A stretch of DNA of 64,000 bases from Eledone cirrhosa (taxonomy: Eukaryota). Where the stretch lies: NCBI GenBank assembly GCA_964016885.1, contig OZ024753.1, forward strand, positions 13,330,001 through 13,394,000, written 5' to 3'. This document shows positions 45,571-59,208 of the stretch, one piece after another. The first letter of the stretch is position 1. Each line of letters opens with the position of its first letter. The position numbers were made by a program, and so were the translations under genes. The notes below the pieces were generated by a model. It was not told where the DNA came from. It did not search any database and saw only the letters and a list, made by a program, of their open reading frames with translations.

Positions 45571-45577
<7 letters not shown>
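45463..45577. repeat. Perfect palindrome (56-bp arms, 3-nt loop) with a hammerhead core
   Basis: Arms 45463-45518 / 45522-45577. Core CTGATGA-T-TTC-taat-GAA-T-GAAA-CAG-TT. Related copy at ~53850-53970. Confidence 0.92.
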
Positions 45578-45633
<56 letters not shown>

Positions 45634-45644
45634 GTATGTATATA

Positions 45645-45813
<169 letters not shown>

Positions 45814-45830
45814 GTATATATATATGTTAT

Positions 45831-46440
45831 GTCAGGTCACCAGTTGGTGCTACTGGTAACATGTATTCCAGTACAACCTGTCTCATGGTCGGGTCGTTGG
45901 CGACTAAACTGGCAACCCCACCAAGGTTTCTTGGTGAGGAGGGTGACTTTGGACATCCTGCAGGACTAAAAACAAAACCTGTCAAAGGGCAAAGGAGCTC
46001 TTAAGAGTCAATGGCCATCCAAAATCACCGGGAGAGATGACCCCTTAGCCTTTGTCAAGGCAGAATTCTAGGAGAAGGAAAACTCTGATATAACACCTGC
46101 GACTCTGATGGTATCCAATGATGTTGACTTGTTCTTCTTTTTGGTAAATATCATCTTGGTTAAGAGAGTGGGACTGGCTTTGTGCAGTGCCTTTGCTCAC
46201 TATAAAAGCTTCACGGCACAGGCATTGCTTTATATCTGGAGATCTCTCTGCACTTGTCGTCACATGGTACCATGGGCCCAGCACTATGTGTCAATAATTG
46301 TCACAAGTGTAGTGTTTGTTCCAGAGTTTTCAAGTCGCTGGCTGGACTAAAAAGTCACACCCGTTCGGCGCATCGGTAGGGGTTCTCCTATATGGATATA
46401 AAGTAGTGGCCGTACTCGAAAACGAGTTGGCAGCCACCAT
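45831..46440 (+). mobile_element. Bipartite RTE-derived element, full length
   Basis: Near identical to 22659-23268 with the same ends. Confidence 0.9.
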
Positions 46441-46529
46441 ATATATATGTATGTATATGTATATATATATGTATGTATATATATTTATGTATATATGGAT
46501 GTATATATATGTCACACACAGCCTGTACA

Positions 46530-47050
46530 TGTTACAGGTTACATGTTACATGTGTTATGGTCGGGTCGACGGCGACTAAACCGGCAACCCCACCAAGTTT
46601 ACTTGGTGAGGAGGGTGATTTTGGACACCCTGCAGGACAAAAAACAAAACCTGACAAAGGGCGGAAGAACTCATAAGAGTCAACAGCCATCCAAAAGTGT
46701 GTAAATATATGTATATACATGTACATATGTATGTGTAAATGTGTATATGCATGGGTGCATGTGTATACATATATGCGTGGGGACATAGAAATAGTCGCGC
46801 TGGATACCCGATGGCGCGGTTAAACCACTGGGAGTGAAGGACCCCTAGCCTTTGTCAGGGCATTCTTCTAGGAGAAGGTAACTCAGGAAACTGGGATAAC
46901 TCCGATATAAAACCTGCGGCTCAGTAGTTACCCATGATGTTGAACTTTTCTTCTTTTCGGGTTATAGCTACTGTCTCTCAGAGAGTGGGATTGGCTCAGT
47001 GCACAGTCTTTCCTCACTTTAATAAACATCTTCACGCACAGGCATTGCAC
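46530..47050 (+). mobile_element. Diverged relative of the same RTE 5' UTR, interrupted by microsatellite
   Basis: GGCGACTAAAC..CCCCACCAAG..GGTGAGGAGGGTGA and CTAGGAGAAGG motifs. Confidence 0.75.
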
Positions 47051-47370
47051 GATAGAATTTATTACTAATTATTGATGATGTGTATATATACATATATATA
47101 TATACATATATATATACACATATATATATACACATATATATATACACATATATATATACACATATATATATACACATATATATATACACATATATATATA
47201 CACATATATATATACATGCATATATATATACATGCATATATATATATACATACATATATATATATACATACATATATATATATACATACATACATATATA
47301 CATACATATATACATAAATATATATGCATACATATATATATATATATACATACATATATATATATATATA

Positions 47371-47655
47371 CAAACGAACTAAGGAAAAAATTAGAAATAA
47401 GAGGGATCAGATGTTGTTTACTCGAGAGAAGGCTACGTTGGTATGGACACGTGATGCGCATGAAAGCCGATAGCTGTATAACAAAGTGCAGGGCAATAAA
47501 GATAGACGGTAGCCACGGAATAGGCAGACCTAGAAAAACCTGGGATGAGCTGATAAACTCCGACCTCACAAACTTACACCTCTCCAAGACAATGTCACTG
47601 GACCGAGACCTTTGGCGGTACTCAGTAATAGAGAAGACCCGCCTTACCTAAATAC
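47371..47655 (+). mobile_element. RTE LINE 3' ORF fragment
   Basis: [23 protein letters not shown]. Confidence 0.9.
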
Positions 47656-47779
47656 AAAGTAAAACCTACTACAGTCAGTAGGCATCTCTAACAAAATACA
47701 CCCCCGTCCCACCACCCCCACCCCATCCACACCGCCCCTTCTATGTAAAGTTATGTTGGTACCACAACATCCAGGCCGA

Positions 47780-48038
47780 AACAAATGAGATCGTGTAGGT
47801 GTCACGACAAAAAAAACACACAGTCCACGCTGTAATGTGGCCGTGTAGGCAACACGGTAAAAACCTCCCAGACCCACACTGTAAATGTGGTTGGTGTTAG
47901 GAAGGGCATCCAACTGTAGAAAACCTGCCAGACAGTCCTATGCGAGCAAGACAATCACACTTGCCTCAAGTGGGAAAACCCCCGTCCAAACCCATGCAAG
48001 CGTGGAACACGGACGTTAAACGTTGATGATGATGATGA
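47780..48038 (+). mobile_element. SINE 3' part with RTE-type (GAT)n tail
   Basis: GGTTGGTGTTAGGAAGGGCATCC..GTAGAAAACCTGCC..GGACGTTAAACG(ATG)n. Reverse copy at 53974-54155. Confidence 0.75.
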
Positions 48039-48401
48039 TACATATATACATATACATATATATATACATATACATATACATATATATATATACATATACA
48101 TACATATATACATATACATATACATACATATACATATATACATATACATATATACATATATATATACATACATATATATATACATACATATATACATACA
48201 TATATATATACATACATATATATATACATATACATACATATATATATACATATATATATACATATACATACATATATATATACATATATATATACATATA
48301 CATACATATATATATACATATATATATACATATACATACATATATATATATATATACATATACATACATATACATATACATACATATAAATATACATATA
48401 C

Positions 48402-48432
<31 letters not shown>

Positions 48433-48685
48433 CATACATATATATGTATATACATATATATGTATATATACATATATATGTATATACATATATATGTATA
48501 TATACATATATATGTATATATACATACAAATATATATACATACATATATATATACATACATATATATATATACATACATATATATATATACATACATATA
48601 TATATATATACATACATATATATATATATACATACATATATATATATACATACATATATATATATATACATACATATATATATAT

Positions 48686-48716
<31 letters not shown>

Positions 48717-48813
48717 CATATACATACATATATATACATATACATACATATATATACATACATATACATATACATACATATACATACATATACATACATA
48801 TACATATATATAC

Positions 48814-48844
<31 letters not shown>

Positions 48845-48849
48845 CATAA

Positions 48850-48880
<31 letters not shown>

Positions 48881-48885
48881 CATAC

Positions 48886-48916
<31 letters not shown>

Positions 48917-48979
48917 CATATACATATACATATATATATATACATATATATACATATACATATATATATATACATATAC

Positions 48980-49012
<33 letters not shown>

Positions 49013-49254
49013 CATATATATATACATATACATATACATATATACATATACACATATACATATATATATATATACATACATATATATACATATACATTAT
49101 ATGCATATACATATAAGTATATACATATTTATACATAAATGTATATACACACTCACATATATATATATATACATATTTATACATATATGTATATACACAC
49201 ACACATATATATATACATATATACACATACATATACACATATATACATATGTAT

Positions 49255-49293
<39 letters not shown>

Positions 49294-49582
49294 TACACAT
49301 ACATATATACACATACACATATACATAGATATATGCATATACATATATATACATATATGTATATACACACACATATATATATATATATACATATATACAC
49401 ATACATATATATAGATATATGCATATATACACATATACATATATATAGATATATGCATATACATATATATACATATATGTATATACACACACATATATAT
49501 ATGTATATACACACACATATATATATATAAATACATATATACACATATATATACATATATATATACATATTCATATACATAC

Positions 49583-49620
<38 letters not shown>

Positions 49621-49807
49621 ATGTGTGCGTCTTTGTGTCCGTATTAATTTCTCATTAACAATAAATTCAATTAAATCTAATCTTCCAATAAATAACTTAA
49701 TGAGTAACTCTTGTCTCTGTCATAATGTATTGAGCTAGCTTATTCCGACTTACAATTTATATCATGTATAAGTATAAAGAACCGCAGTTTCTTCTTTTGG
49801 ATTCCAG

Positions 49808-49876
49808 GGTTATGGGATTCTTCAAGAAATTTACAAATCAAATTTTGGTGACATTACCCGAGAGGCCCACATGGCG
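49808..49876 (+). CDS. GRL-like gene coding exon 2 (GYGILQEIYKSNFGDITREAHMA)
   Basis: Acceptor TTTCTTCTTTTGGATTCCAG, 69 nt, donor GCG|GTAAGA, phase 0-0. Fits the loop after TM6. Confidence 0.8.
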
Positions 49877-49950
49877 GTAAGAAATTACTATTAGTAAATC
49901 TAATGCATTGACAAATCTGTAGCTTATTCTATGTGCTTGAAATATATATA

Positions 49951-50311
49951 CGGTTGTCTCTTGGTATTCGCGGGGGTTTCGTTTCTCGAGCACACGCGAA
50001 GAGTGAAAAAACCATGAATTTTAGCTGTGGTCCATAAAAATGCCTATAAATGTCAAAATATAACATAAAATATACGAAAAATAGACCTTTTTTTTTGCGA
50101 AGGGTGTCAAATATGCCGGCAAATACCATATATTGTTATTAATAATTTACCGTTAAAAAAATATATATTGCCACAAAAAAAGTCATTAAAAAAAATCGTG
50201 GAAGATATTTACGATTCAGCGAATATGCGGACGTTTCCACGAACAATTATTAGTTAGGTTCTAAGGAAAATTCCGCGAATGACCGGGACTGCGAATGCCA
50301 GGGGTATACTG
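49951..50311. mobile_element. Tc1/mariner (Tigger/pogo-like) MITE
   Basis: TA|CGGTTGTCTCTTGGTATTCGCG ... GCGAATGCCAGGGGTATACTG|TA: imperfect TIRs with TA flanks. Confidence 0.65.
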
Positions 50312-50317
50312 TATGTT

Positions 50318-50363
<46 letters not shown>

Positions 50364-51257
50364 GGAACGTAACTCCTATGCTGCAAAGCATAGCGTCCGA
50401 CCCTCCACTGATACTGCCAATCCACCGCCCAAATTTGAAAAAAAAATAACAACCTTCGGCCTCCAGAACACATGGTAGATTTTTGAGACTTATTTTAGGG
50501 AAAAAGAAGCGTCTTCGACGCCGGAAAATATGGTAAATATATAGAGAACAACTAATAGCAAATACCACTATTCTCAGACGGTCGCTTCATCCAGAATACG
50601 ATGTTTATAATCGATTTTAATGATTGTTATCAATCACCAATTATGAATTTTTGTAATAAACGTCAAGACCGCAGGAAAACGCCCATTCGTCAGTGGGGCA
50701 TCGGATCTTTTCTATATATCTCTCACATTGTACACTAACTAGAAATCTATCCAGGCAGGACGCTCAAATTAAAAGAGTATATATACACACACACAGATAG
50801 CAAAGTCAATGTACAGAATCGTTTTCATAATGCAGACATACAGAGACATATTACAAGGGCGCGACGTTATAGCTATGTATCTATCTAAAAAGACAGACTA
50901 AGAAAGAGAGAGGAATGTCGTATAACCGGAAGTGTTGACATTTGAAAATTTTAAAGAAGTGAATATTTAAATTAACAATAAAATATCTTTAATCTTTTAA
51001 CGAAATTTAGTAGACAAAAATACCCTCACTTTCTTACTTGGAAAATGTTACATCTATGGTGGACATTTGGTGCCGTTTTGGTCCAGCCGTTTGACGAAAC
51101 GTTTGTTACATACATACGGCCGTCAGATTTATTAATATATATATATATATCCGAAATAGATTTAATTAAATTAAATTAAAGGAGTCATGTCCGAGACATG
51201 CGCCATATCCACTGTAGAATAAGCTCAAAGATTCCAATGAATAGATCCGAGCATTTT

Positions 51258-51676
51258 ATATCAACTAGAAATTGATTGACATATATATATTTAAAATAAA
51301 CACATGAAACAATCACAGGGGATAATGTGTAAAGTGTGTAATCACACACAGCTAGGTAGGTAACTAATTAAAGTTTAACTAGATCTTCAAGTATTACCTT
51401 TTAAAAAATGATTAATCCTCCTTATATATATATTCCATTAAAGAAATATATTTCACTAAAAATCCGTAAAGTCACAGTAGTGAAATATATTTCTTTAGTG
51501 AAATATATACAAGGAGGATTAATCATTTTTTTAAAGGTAATATTTGAAGATCTAGTTAAACTTTAATTAGTTACCTACCTAGCTGTGTGTATTTATACAC
51601 TTTACAAATTATACCCTGTGATTGTTTCATGTGTTTATTTTAAATATATATATATATATGTCAATCAATTTCTAGT

Positions 51677-51681
<5 letters not shown>
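51258..51681. repeat. Fold-back element, ~200-bp arms
   Basis: ATATCAACTAGAAATTGATTGAC...ATATTTCACTA / TAGTGAAATAT...GTCAATCAATTTCTAGTTGATAT. Confidence 0.92.
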
Positions 51682-51721
<40 letters not shown>

Positions 51722-51723
<2 letters not shown>

Positions 51724-52052
51724 GAGGTTCTATTTAAATTGTTGGGATACAACAAGCAAATATTTTTATAAGTGATATAAAGCACTCAACAAATTATTGG
51801 AGTAAAAATAAGATATATTAACAAATGGAAACTATATTTATAAAACCATATTTATTTCATTATTTCACTATCCGGGAGCTTCCAACAGAAATGGTCGCAT
51901 TCTTTAAGAGTATGTCAATATTTATTTATAAAACTGCTCTATATTATATTTTATCTGATGAAAGCACACCATAATTTAACTTGGTGTCCTTGAAATATGT
52001 ATAATGAAATAAATATGGTTTTATAAATATAGTTTCCATTTGTTAATATATC
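51722..52052. mobile_element. Fold-back PLE terminus with a hammerhead-like motif (51951-52004, +)
   Basis: 51812-51862 is inverted at 52001-52052. Motif CTGATGA-AAGcACACCA...TGGTGTcCTT-GAAA. The terminus resembles 32888-33000. Confidence 0.7.
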
Positions 52053-52233
52053 GTATATATATATATAGGTGCAAGAAAATTGCGTCCGTATGTGGTATGC
52101 CGGGTGAGCACTCGATGCTCGCGCAGAGCAGAGTATAATAGTATATTATATACCATGGGTAACGAACAGGCAACCTGACACCCGGACTTGTAACTGCCGC
52201 AACAGTAGACAATGACCTCTCCAGGGTAGATGC

Positions 52234-52660
52234 TTGCTGAAAAACATTGTGTACAAATGTGTAGTTGTGACACGTAACACAAGGCACAGCTACATCGGTG
52301 CAACATCCACGACCTTTAAGTCGAGGATGTACAACCACACAAATTCGTTCAAGGACCGGACTAAAAGACACTCCACTAGCCTGGCGGACCTAATCTGGGG
52401 GTTGAAAGATAGCGGCATGGAATACAAGCTCCACTGGAGTATAGTGCAACGGGCGGTTGCGTATTCCGTGGGTGATGTACGATGTAAGCTATGTGTGGCG
52501 GAAGCCATGGAGATAGTAAGATTAAAAAATAATTCAGTTAACCTCAAATCTGAGATCTTCATGGCATGCAGGCACCACAGGAATTGCACTTTTTCTGCTC
52601 TGGATTTCCCGGATAGGAGTGAAGGAGTACTGCGTACAACATATCACACATTGTAGAAAG
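52234..52660 (+). mobile_element. PLE GIY-YIG endonuclease fragment
   Basis: NIVYKC..SYIGAT..FKSR..NH..C.LC..E..CRH, the same type as 23730-24110. Confidence 0.85.
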
Positions 52661-52944
52661 ACGTGTACATGCTTCCAATTTGGTTATACATCACGAATTT
52701 CAAATCATATACATCTGTTGTCCGGTATCTCTTGCTTATGAGGTAAATGTTAACAATGTGGTAAATGTTGACCATCCACCCATTCTGACTGTATAATATA
52801 TTTCTTGACGCCTGTCACCTCTCTAAATGACTCAACTTTATTTAATTTGTTCTAATCCTGCATATTTCACTTATAACGCGAGGCTATACCTACACACGTA
52901 TCTTGTGCATTTGCATGTGTGGTTATTGTCTTTGTATTTGCAGG

Positions 52945-53465
52945 TTGTTATTGTAGGGCTTGAAATTTTCCAGCATTAAACTGCATGTTGTTGTCCTCAG
53001 CCCATTTGTATATGACATCCAGATCTTGTGAAAGGGCAGCGCCAGTCATGTTTTTGATTGCCTTTGCTACCTTTGTGTCATCAGCATAGCTAGTGAAGGA
53101 TGCTGTATGTACTACCGAGGGCATGTCTGAGAGAGCCACCAAAAACAGTAGTGGTCCCAGGACTGTGCCTTGGGGCACCTCACTTGTTATTGATGTTTCC
53201 TTTGAGAGGGTCCCGTTTACTGCAACTGGCTTCTGTCCTTTAAGAAGTCATGCAGCCACTCACCTACTTTTCCAGTTATGCCGAGTCTGTGTAGTTTGTG
53301 ACATATCATTCCGTGGTCGACCTTGTCAAAGGCCTTCGCAGAGTCAGACATATCATGTCCACTTGTGAGCTGTCAACCAGTTGTTTCAGTACCCAGTAAT
53401 AGTATTGTAACAGCTGTGTAAGGCAGCTTCTTCCTGGGCGAAAGCCATGCTGCTAGTTAGGTGGT
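52945..53465 (-). mobile_element. Degraded CR1-group RT fragment
   Basis: [27 protein letters not shown]. Confidence 0.88.
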
Positions 53466-54299
53466 CATATATATATAATGTAATATATATATATATAATG
53501 TAATAAGGGAAAGAGTGCGGGACAGCGTCCGTTTTATATTTGTTTATCCCGTTAGTAAAATAAGTTGGATTACTTTGAATAAATAATGAAGGAATATTAT
53601 GTAATTTATCTACTAAATTTCGTAGCTCTTCATTAAACATAAATATTCTTATATATAAAGTATTGCTTATTTTAAAATTCACTTCTTTAAAGTTTTATAA
53701 TTGTTTCGATATCAGTAAGCTCAGGGTACAATCAAATCTCGTCAGATATACGAAAACATCTAAACGGCGCGTCACCTGTAACTGTAATTACATACATTAC
53801 TATATATAAGTTAGCCCCAGGCGCACATATATACTAATCAGGGTTCAATCATGGTAACCACAGTTAGTAAGGTACTCAATTCATTAGTAGAGTGTAAACA
53901 TCATGTTTAATATAGAAATGATTTCTTTTGAATGAAACTGTTCTAATCCTGTAGAAGCCATTTCTATATTAGTCATCATCATCATCGTTTAACGTCCATC
54001 TTCCACGCTAGCATAGATTAGACGGGAATTGTCCCACTTGAGGCAAGATTGATCGATTGACCATGTCTCGCTCGTATAGGACTGTATCTGGCAGGTTTTC
54101 TACGGCTGGATGCCCTTCCTAACGCCAACCACATTTACTGTGTGGACTGGGTGCCTTTTTTTTTAAGATGATATATTTATATATATATATATGTTAATCT
54201 GTCGATACAATAACTACAGTATTTTCATAGCTTTAGACTTCTGGCTGGGATGTTGTATTACAATTACTCCTTTGCATATGTTCCAAACGAATTTGTTGA

Positions 54300-57105
54300 G
54301 CAAATTGCAAACAACAAGATCGAAATGACTGGATATCGATCTACACTTATAGTCAGGGAGACTGGCCTGTAATTTAAGTTTAGATTAGTTGTAGGCAAGA
54401 GACTACTGACAATCATCTCTGCCTATGCTCCCCAGGCAGGCCTAGGTAAAGAAAGAAAGACTGCTTTTACGAGCAACTTTTACAAATAGCCACAATGACA
54501 GAGGATGGAGACATCATTATTCTAGCAGGGGACTTCAATTGTCATGTTGGACAACTCCAGATTGGATACACTGGGGTACATGGCGGGCACGGTTATGGCT
54601 CAAGAAATGAAAGAGTGAGGCTTCTTGAATTTTGTGATGCAAGTGCACTAACCATTTGCAACACTAACTTCCAGGAACCTACCAACCACCTAATAACCAA
54701 CAAATCAGGCGAGCATATAAGCCAGATTGAATTCTTGGTAGTTAGGCAGCGAGACAGACAGATGGTGTCAAATACCAAGGCATACCCCTGGGAAAAATGT
54801 ACCCCGCAGCATAGGTTAGTCGTTAGTGATACCTCAGTAAGCAAGAGATAGAATGAGATATACAGGAAGGTGTGGAAAAGAAAGGTCTGGAAGCTAAAAA
54901 AAAATTTCACTAAAATATAAATTTAGAAAACCCTTCAAGATGTTTATGAAGAAAAAGAAGATGATTTAGGGTTGTATGACATAGATAACTGGAATTTCTT
55001 ATGTGACAACTTACTGCAGGCTACTGAAGAAACGTGTGGCTGAGTGACCTGGTGGTGGAACAGCACGGTAGATAGGGCCATTAGAGACAAAGGACTGGTA
55101 TAGAAGGCTTGGGAAAATGGTGGGAGTAGGGAAGGATACGCAGCCGCTAAGAGAGAAGCTAGACGTCAGGTGTACTTAGCACGCAGGGAGGCTGAGAGTA
55201 AGAGGTTTGCTCATGTTCTGCGACGGGAAGATCAGAGACGTGCGGTGTTCTGCATTGCAAGGCAGTGTGTCAGTGCAAATCAGGATATTGTTGGAGATAA
55301 GTGTGTCCGGAATGATGCAGTGTACTTAGTGTCACGAATGATCAGAAAAAGGAGGCCTGGAAATGTCATTATGAGGGACTGATGAATGTGGAGAACGAAT
55401 GGGAGAGAGAGAAATTACCCTCAGTAGATCCGACAGAGGAACCAGCTATTGAGATTGACGAATATAGGGTCCAAGAGGCGATTAAGGAAAAGAAAAATGG
55501 TAAGGCCGCTGGACCGTCGGGGATAGTTGCTGAGATGCTGAAGGCATCGGGAGACGTAGGCAATAAACTGTTTGCACGCACCACCAATCAAGCTATATAT
55601 GGCGGCGCCATACCCAAAGACTGGTGCAGCAGTATTCTCAAATTGCTACAAAGATAAATGGGATGCTCTGGAGAGGAGCAATTATAGGGGCATAAATGGA
55701 TCAGGTTATGAAAGTGGCAGAAAGATTATTAGCGCAACTAATTAGAGAAAGGGTCAAACTAGATGAGATGCAGTTTCGTTTTGTGCCTGGGAAAAGTACA
55801 ACAGATGCCCTCTTCTTAGTGAGACAACTACAAGAGAGGTTCTTAGAGAACAATAAGCCACTATACTTAGCTTTTATTGACCTTGAGAAGACCTTTGATA
55901 GGGTACCCAGATCTGTCATCTGGTGATCCCTAAGGAGACTAGGTGTTGGAGAATGGCTGGTGAGGACAGTGCAAGCTATGTACAGAGGTACTGTCAGTAA
56001 AGTCAGGGTAGGAATGGAGTTTAGTGAGGAATTCCAAATACAAGTAGGAGTCCATCAGGGTTCAGTCCTCAACCCGCTCTTGTTCATTATAGTCCTCCAA
56101 GCCATAACAGGAGTTTAAGACTGGCTGCCCATGGGAACTACTCAATGCTGACGATCTGGTTCTTATAGCAGAATCAGTAGAGGATCTAGAGAATAAATTG
56201 TGGCTATGGAAACAGCAGTTGGAATCAAGAGGACTGAGAGTGAACATAGCTAAGACAAAAGTGTTGATGAGTAGAAAAGAGGACAAAACTCTGATTCCGT
56301 CAGAGAAATGGCCATGTTTGATATGCAGAAAAGGAACTGCCATAAATTATATAAAATGTACACAATGCAGATCTTGGGTACACAACAGATGTAGTGGGAT
56401 AGCAGGCAAACTAACAGGTAGGGGAAAATACGTATGCAGTAGATGTACAGGGAAATTTGACAGTAGAAATCGCATTGATAGACACATTTTTCAAATGCAG
56501 GTAGGTTCTGTAAAAGTGGTTGATAGCTTCCAGTACCTAGGTGATCAGATTAGCATTGGAGGGGGTGTTCCCAGGCCATAGTATCTAGAAGAAGGATGGG
56601 CTGGTAGAAGTTTAGGGAACTGCTTCCTCTGCTGATGAAGAAGGGTTTCTCTCTGCGTACGAAAGGCCGGTTATATGATGCATGTGTGAGGTGCGTGATG
56701 CTGCACGGTAATGAGACATGGCAGCAAATGCAGAGGATATGCGACGGCTGGAGGGAATGAAGCAAGCATGCTCCGTTGGCTGTGCAATGTCAATGTACGT
56801 GAACGACCAAGCATGGATGTGTTAAGAGAGAAATTGTGTTTAAGAGGGATAAGTTGTAGTGTGCGGGGGAGAAGACAGTGTTGGTATGGACATCTGATGC
56901 GCATGGAGGATGACCGCTAGGTGAAGAAGTACCAACAAATGCCAGTTGAAGGAAGACCACGAAAAACATGGGCGGAGGTGGTGAGAGCGGACCTCAGATC
57001 GCTGAAACTCACGGTGGAGATGACGAAGGACCGTGACAAGTGGAGAGATGCTGTGTTGAATAGGACCCGTCCCACCCTTGCAAACAGGGAAAAGCGGACG
57101 TAAAA
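54300..57105 (+). mobile_element. Degraded RTE LINE (APE, RT and Cys-rich PHD-like segment)
   Basis: SAYAPQ, AGDFN.HVG, GKAAGPSG, AFIDLEK.FD, HQGS.L, ADDL, WPCLIC..C..C..WVH.RC, WYGH. Many stops and frameshifts. Confidence 0.92.
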
Positions 57106-57123
57106 TGATGAGAGAGAGAGAGA

Positions 57124-57525
57124 GTTTTGCCTCCTCAGCCCGACGTGCAGCAGAACCTGGGTTAGTCGCAGACTGCCCCAAGTTTCGGCTGGAGAAAGTG
57201 TCACTGCATGTGACATCCCAGACGAGGGGTTTGCCACCGCGGAACGGGAAGATGGTCATACCATCTGGCCTTTTGCCGTCCCCTCAGTCTAGCCCCACTG
57301 GATCGAGCTGGGAGGGGAAGCCTGCAGCGTCCAAGCCATGCTTTATGACCTCGTTGAGGGCAGCATGGCGTGGAAGGTGACCGGTACTGTGGTGACAGGA
57401 AAGCGTGTGGAGGCCGAAAGAGGCCACGGTGGATCCACAGCGACATTGGTGTGGCTCGCAGATCCGGAGGCCAAGCCTCAAGGAAACGCCGATGCGCAGG
57501 CTATTGTTATGCTGCTGCGTCCCAG
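57124..57525 (-). mobile_element. CRE-like LINE fragment (CCHC + RLE N-half)
   Basis: RLGL..C.PHQCRCG....GLH.LSC..RH..LNE..KRPDG..WDVTC.DT..AARRAEEAK. Confidence 0.85.
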
Positions 57526-57663
57526 TGGAGAAAGAGAGAGAGATACAATATGATGTATAATAATGTCTATCATTTTAATGTAATTTCTTGTCATAAATAA
57601 TTTCCAAACAAGAAAATCTTAATCATTATTTAGTTTCTTTGTTCTTTCTTTCTTATTTTTCAG

Positions 57664-57753
57664 TTAACATTCTTCATTAATAGACTTTCTAATGCTCGAA
57701 TTGGACTATGTATCTGGAATATTTTTATTGTAACTCCTTTTTCCGTTATTAGT
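57664..57753 (+). CDS. GRL-like gene coding exon 3 (LTFFINRLSNARIGLCIWNIFIVTPFSVIS)
   Basis: Long polypyrimidine tract + CAG, 90 nt, donor AGT|GTATGT, phase 0-0. L.FF..RL....IG.....F.VT matches the TM7a pattern. Confidence 0.88.
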
Positions 57754-57978
57754 GTATGTATACTGTATACTTTTTACATTTAACTTCTAATATCCATGTT
57801 CCTCTACCATAATTTAACTTCTCATATCCATGTTTCTGTACAACAGTGACACCGAGAGGAGTAAAAATATATCCTCATCGAATCAGATCTAATTAGTAAT
57901 GGGAACAAAATCGTAAACCCAGATTTACTGAGGTCATTAAATCTGGGTACACGTCCGAACGTCACACACATACATATG

Positions 57979-58238
57979 CAGGGCCAGCACTACCATATAG
58001 ACAAATTAGGCATCTGTCTAGGGCGCTGATTTCAGGGGGCACATTTCTCCAAATCAACAACAATTCTGAAAAATAAATTTCAGTTTTATTGAGGGTCCTT
58101 TTTTATCCTGGTTTATGGGGGAAAATAAATGTTGAAAAAAAGAGTTTTTTTTATTTATTGTTTATAAATTTTGAAATTGATATTTTCCTGGGGAATCTAA
58201 CCTTGCCTAGGGTGCCAGATAGTCTTGTACTGACCCTT
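57979..58238. mobile_element. Possible hAT-like MITE
   Basis: Imperfect TIRs CAGGGCCAGCAC / GTACTGACCCTT and subterminal CTAGGG. No clear TSD. Confidence 0.45.
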
Positions 58239-58279
58239 CATACGTGACCTTTATGTTACCCACTAATTCCTTCTCCTAG

Positions 58280-58470
58280 AATGATGTCCTACACTATAGG
58301 TTTGGCAGTGGAGACTTCTGGTGTCCTTGACCCTAGGGCTACCTCCCTACTCACTACCATAGGTGCTGAGATGGCCAGCCGCGGGTGTGAGCCTCGTGAG
58401 TTGGAATGGCACTTCCGGCGAATCTCCCTCACCATCCTCTGGGGAAACGCCTTTTCCATTCTGTCCACCA
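58280..58470 (+). mobile_element. CRE-like LINE 3' end (RLE C-half)
   Basis: LAVETSG....A..LL..IG......EPRE...HFRRISL.I..GNA.SIL.T. Confidence 0.8.
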
Positions 58471-58987
58471 CCCCTACTACCACCACCACTGCTACTACTA
58501 CCACCACCACCACTATTACCACCACTACTGCTACTACTACTACCAGCACCACCGCCACTACCACCATCACCACCCCTAATACCACCACCATTGCTACTAC
58601 TACTACCATCACCACCACTACTACCACCACCATTGCTACTACTACTACCACCACCATCACCACCACCACTGGTACTAATACTACCACCACTACCACCCCT
58701 ACTACCACCACCACCACTACGACCACCATCACCACCACCACTATCACCACCACTACCACCATTGCTATTACCACCACAACTATCACCACTACTACCACCA
58801 CCACATCACCACTACTACCACCACTACCACCACTACTACCACCACCACCACCCCTACCACCACCCCTACCACCACCACTACTACCACCACCCCTAGTACC
58901 ACCACTACTACCACCACTACCACCACCACCATACCCCTACCACCACCACCACTACCACTACCACCCCTACCACCACCACCACTACTA
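58467..58987. repeat. (ACC/ACT)n trinucleotide tract
   Basis: Direct reading. Follows the CRE-like 3' end. Confidence 0.95.
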
Positions 58988-59075
58988 TTTTATTTATTTT
59001 GTATTTCTTTTGGTTTCGTTTGCTCCAATTTCCTTCTTTTAAAAACTGACAACATTTTCCTAACACTAATTTCAG

Positions 59076-59201
59076 ATGTTTGGAAGTTTTATATCATTTG
59101 CCATTCTGGCGTACCAAACTATGAGCAGTGGTCCACCTCACAGCTGTGTACCGATAGAATCTTGTACTTTAGGCGTGTACAATGAAACAGCTCATATTTA
59201 A
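59076..59201 (+). CDS. GRL-like gene last coding exon (MFGSFISFAILAYQT...AHI*)
   Basis: Branch-like CTAAC/CTAAT and TTTCAG acceptor. SFAILAYQT matches the TYhhhhhQF spacing of TM7b. TAA at 59199-59201. Confidence 0.85.
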   Translation: MFGSFISFAILAYQTMSSGPPHSCVPIESCTLGVYNETAHI

Positions 59202-59208
59202 ATATTTC

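Noticed and set aside
50738-51140. Helentron/DINE-like element
   Set aside because: The ACTAG start and (TACA)n end are suggestive, but subterminal repeats could not be shown.
58281-59042. Mucin/extensin-like 253-aa ORF
   Set aside because: A CRE-like 3' remnant running into an (ACC/ACT)n tract inside intron 3.
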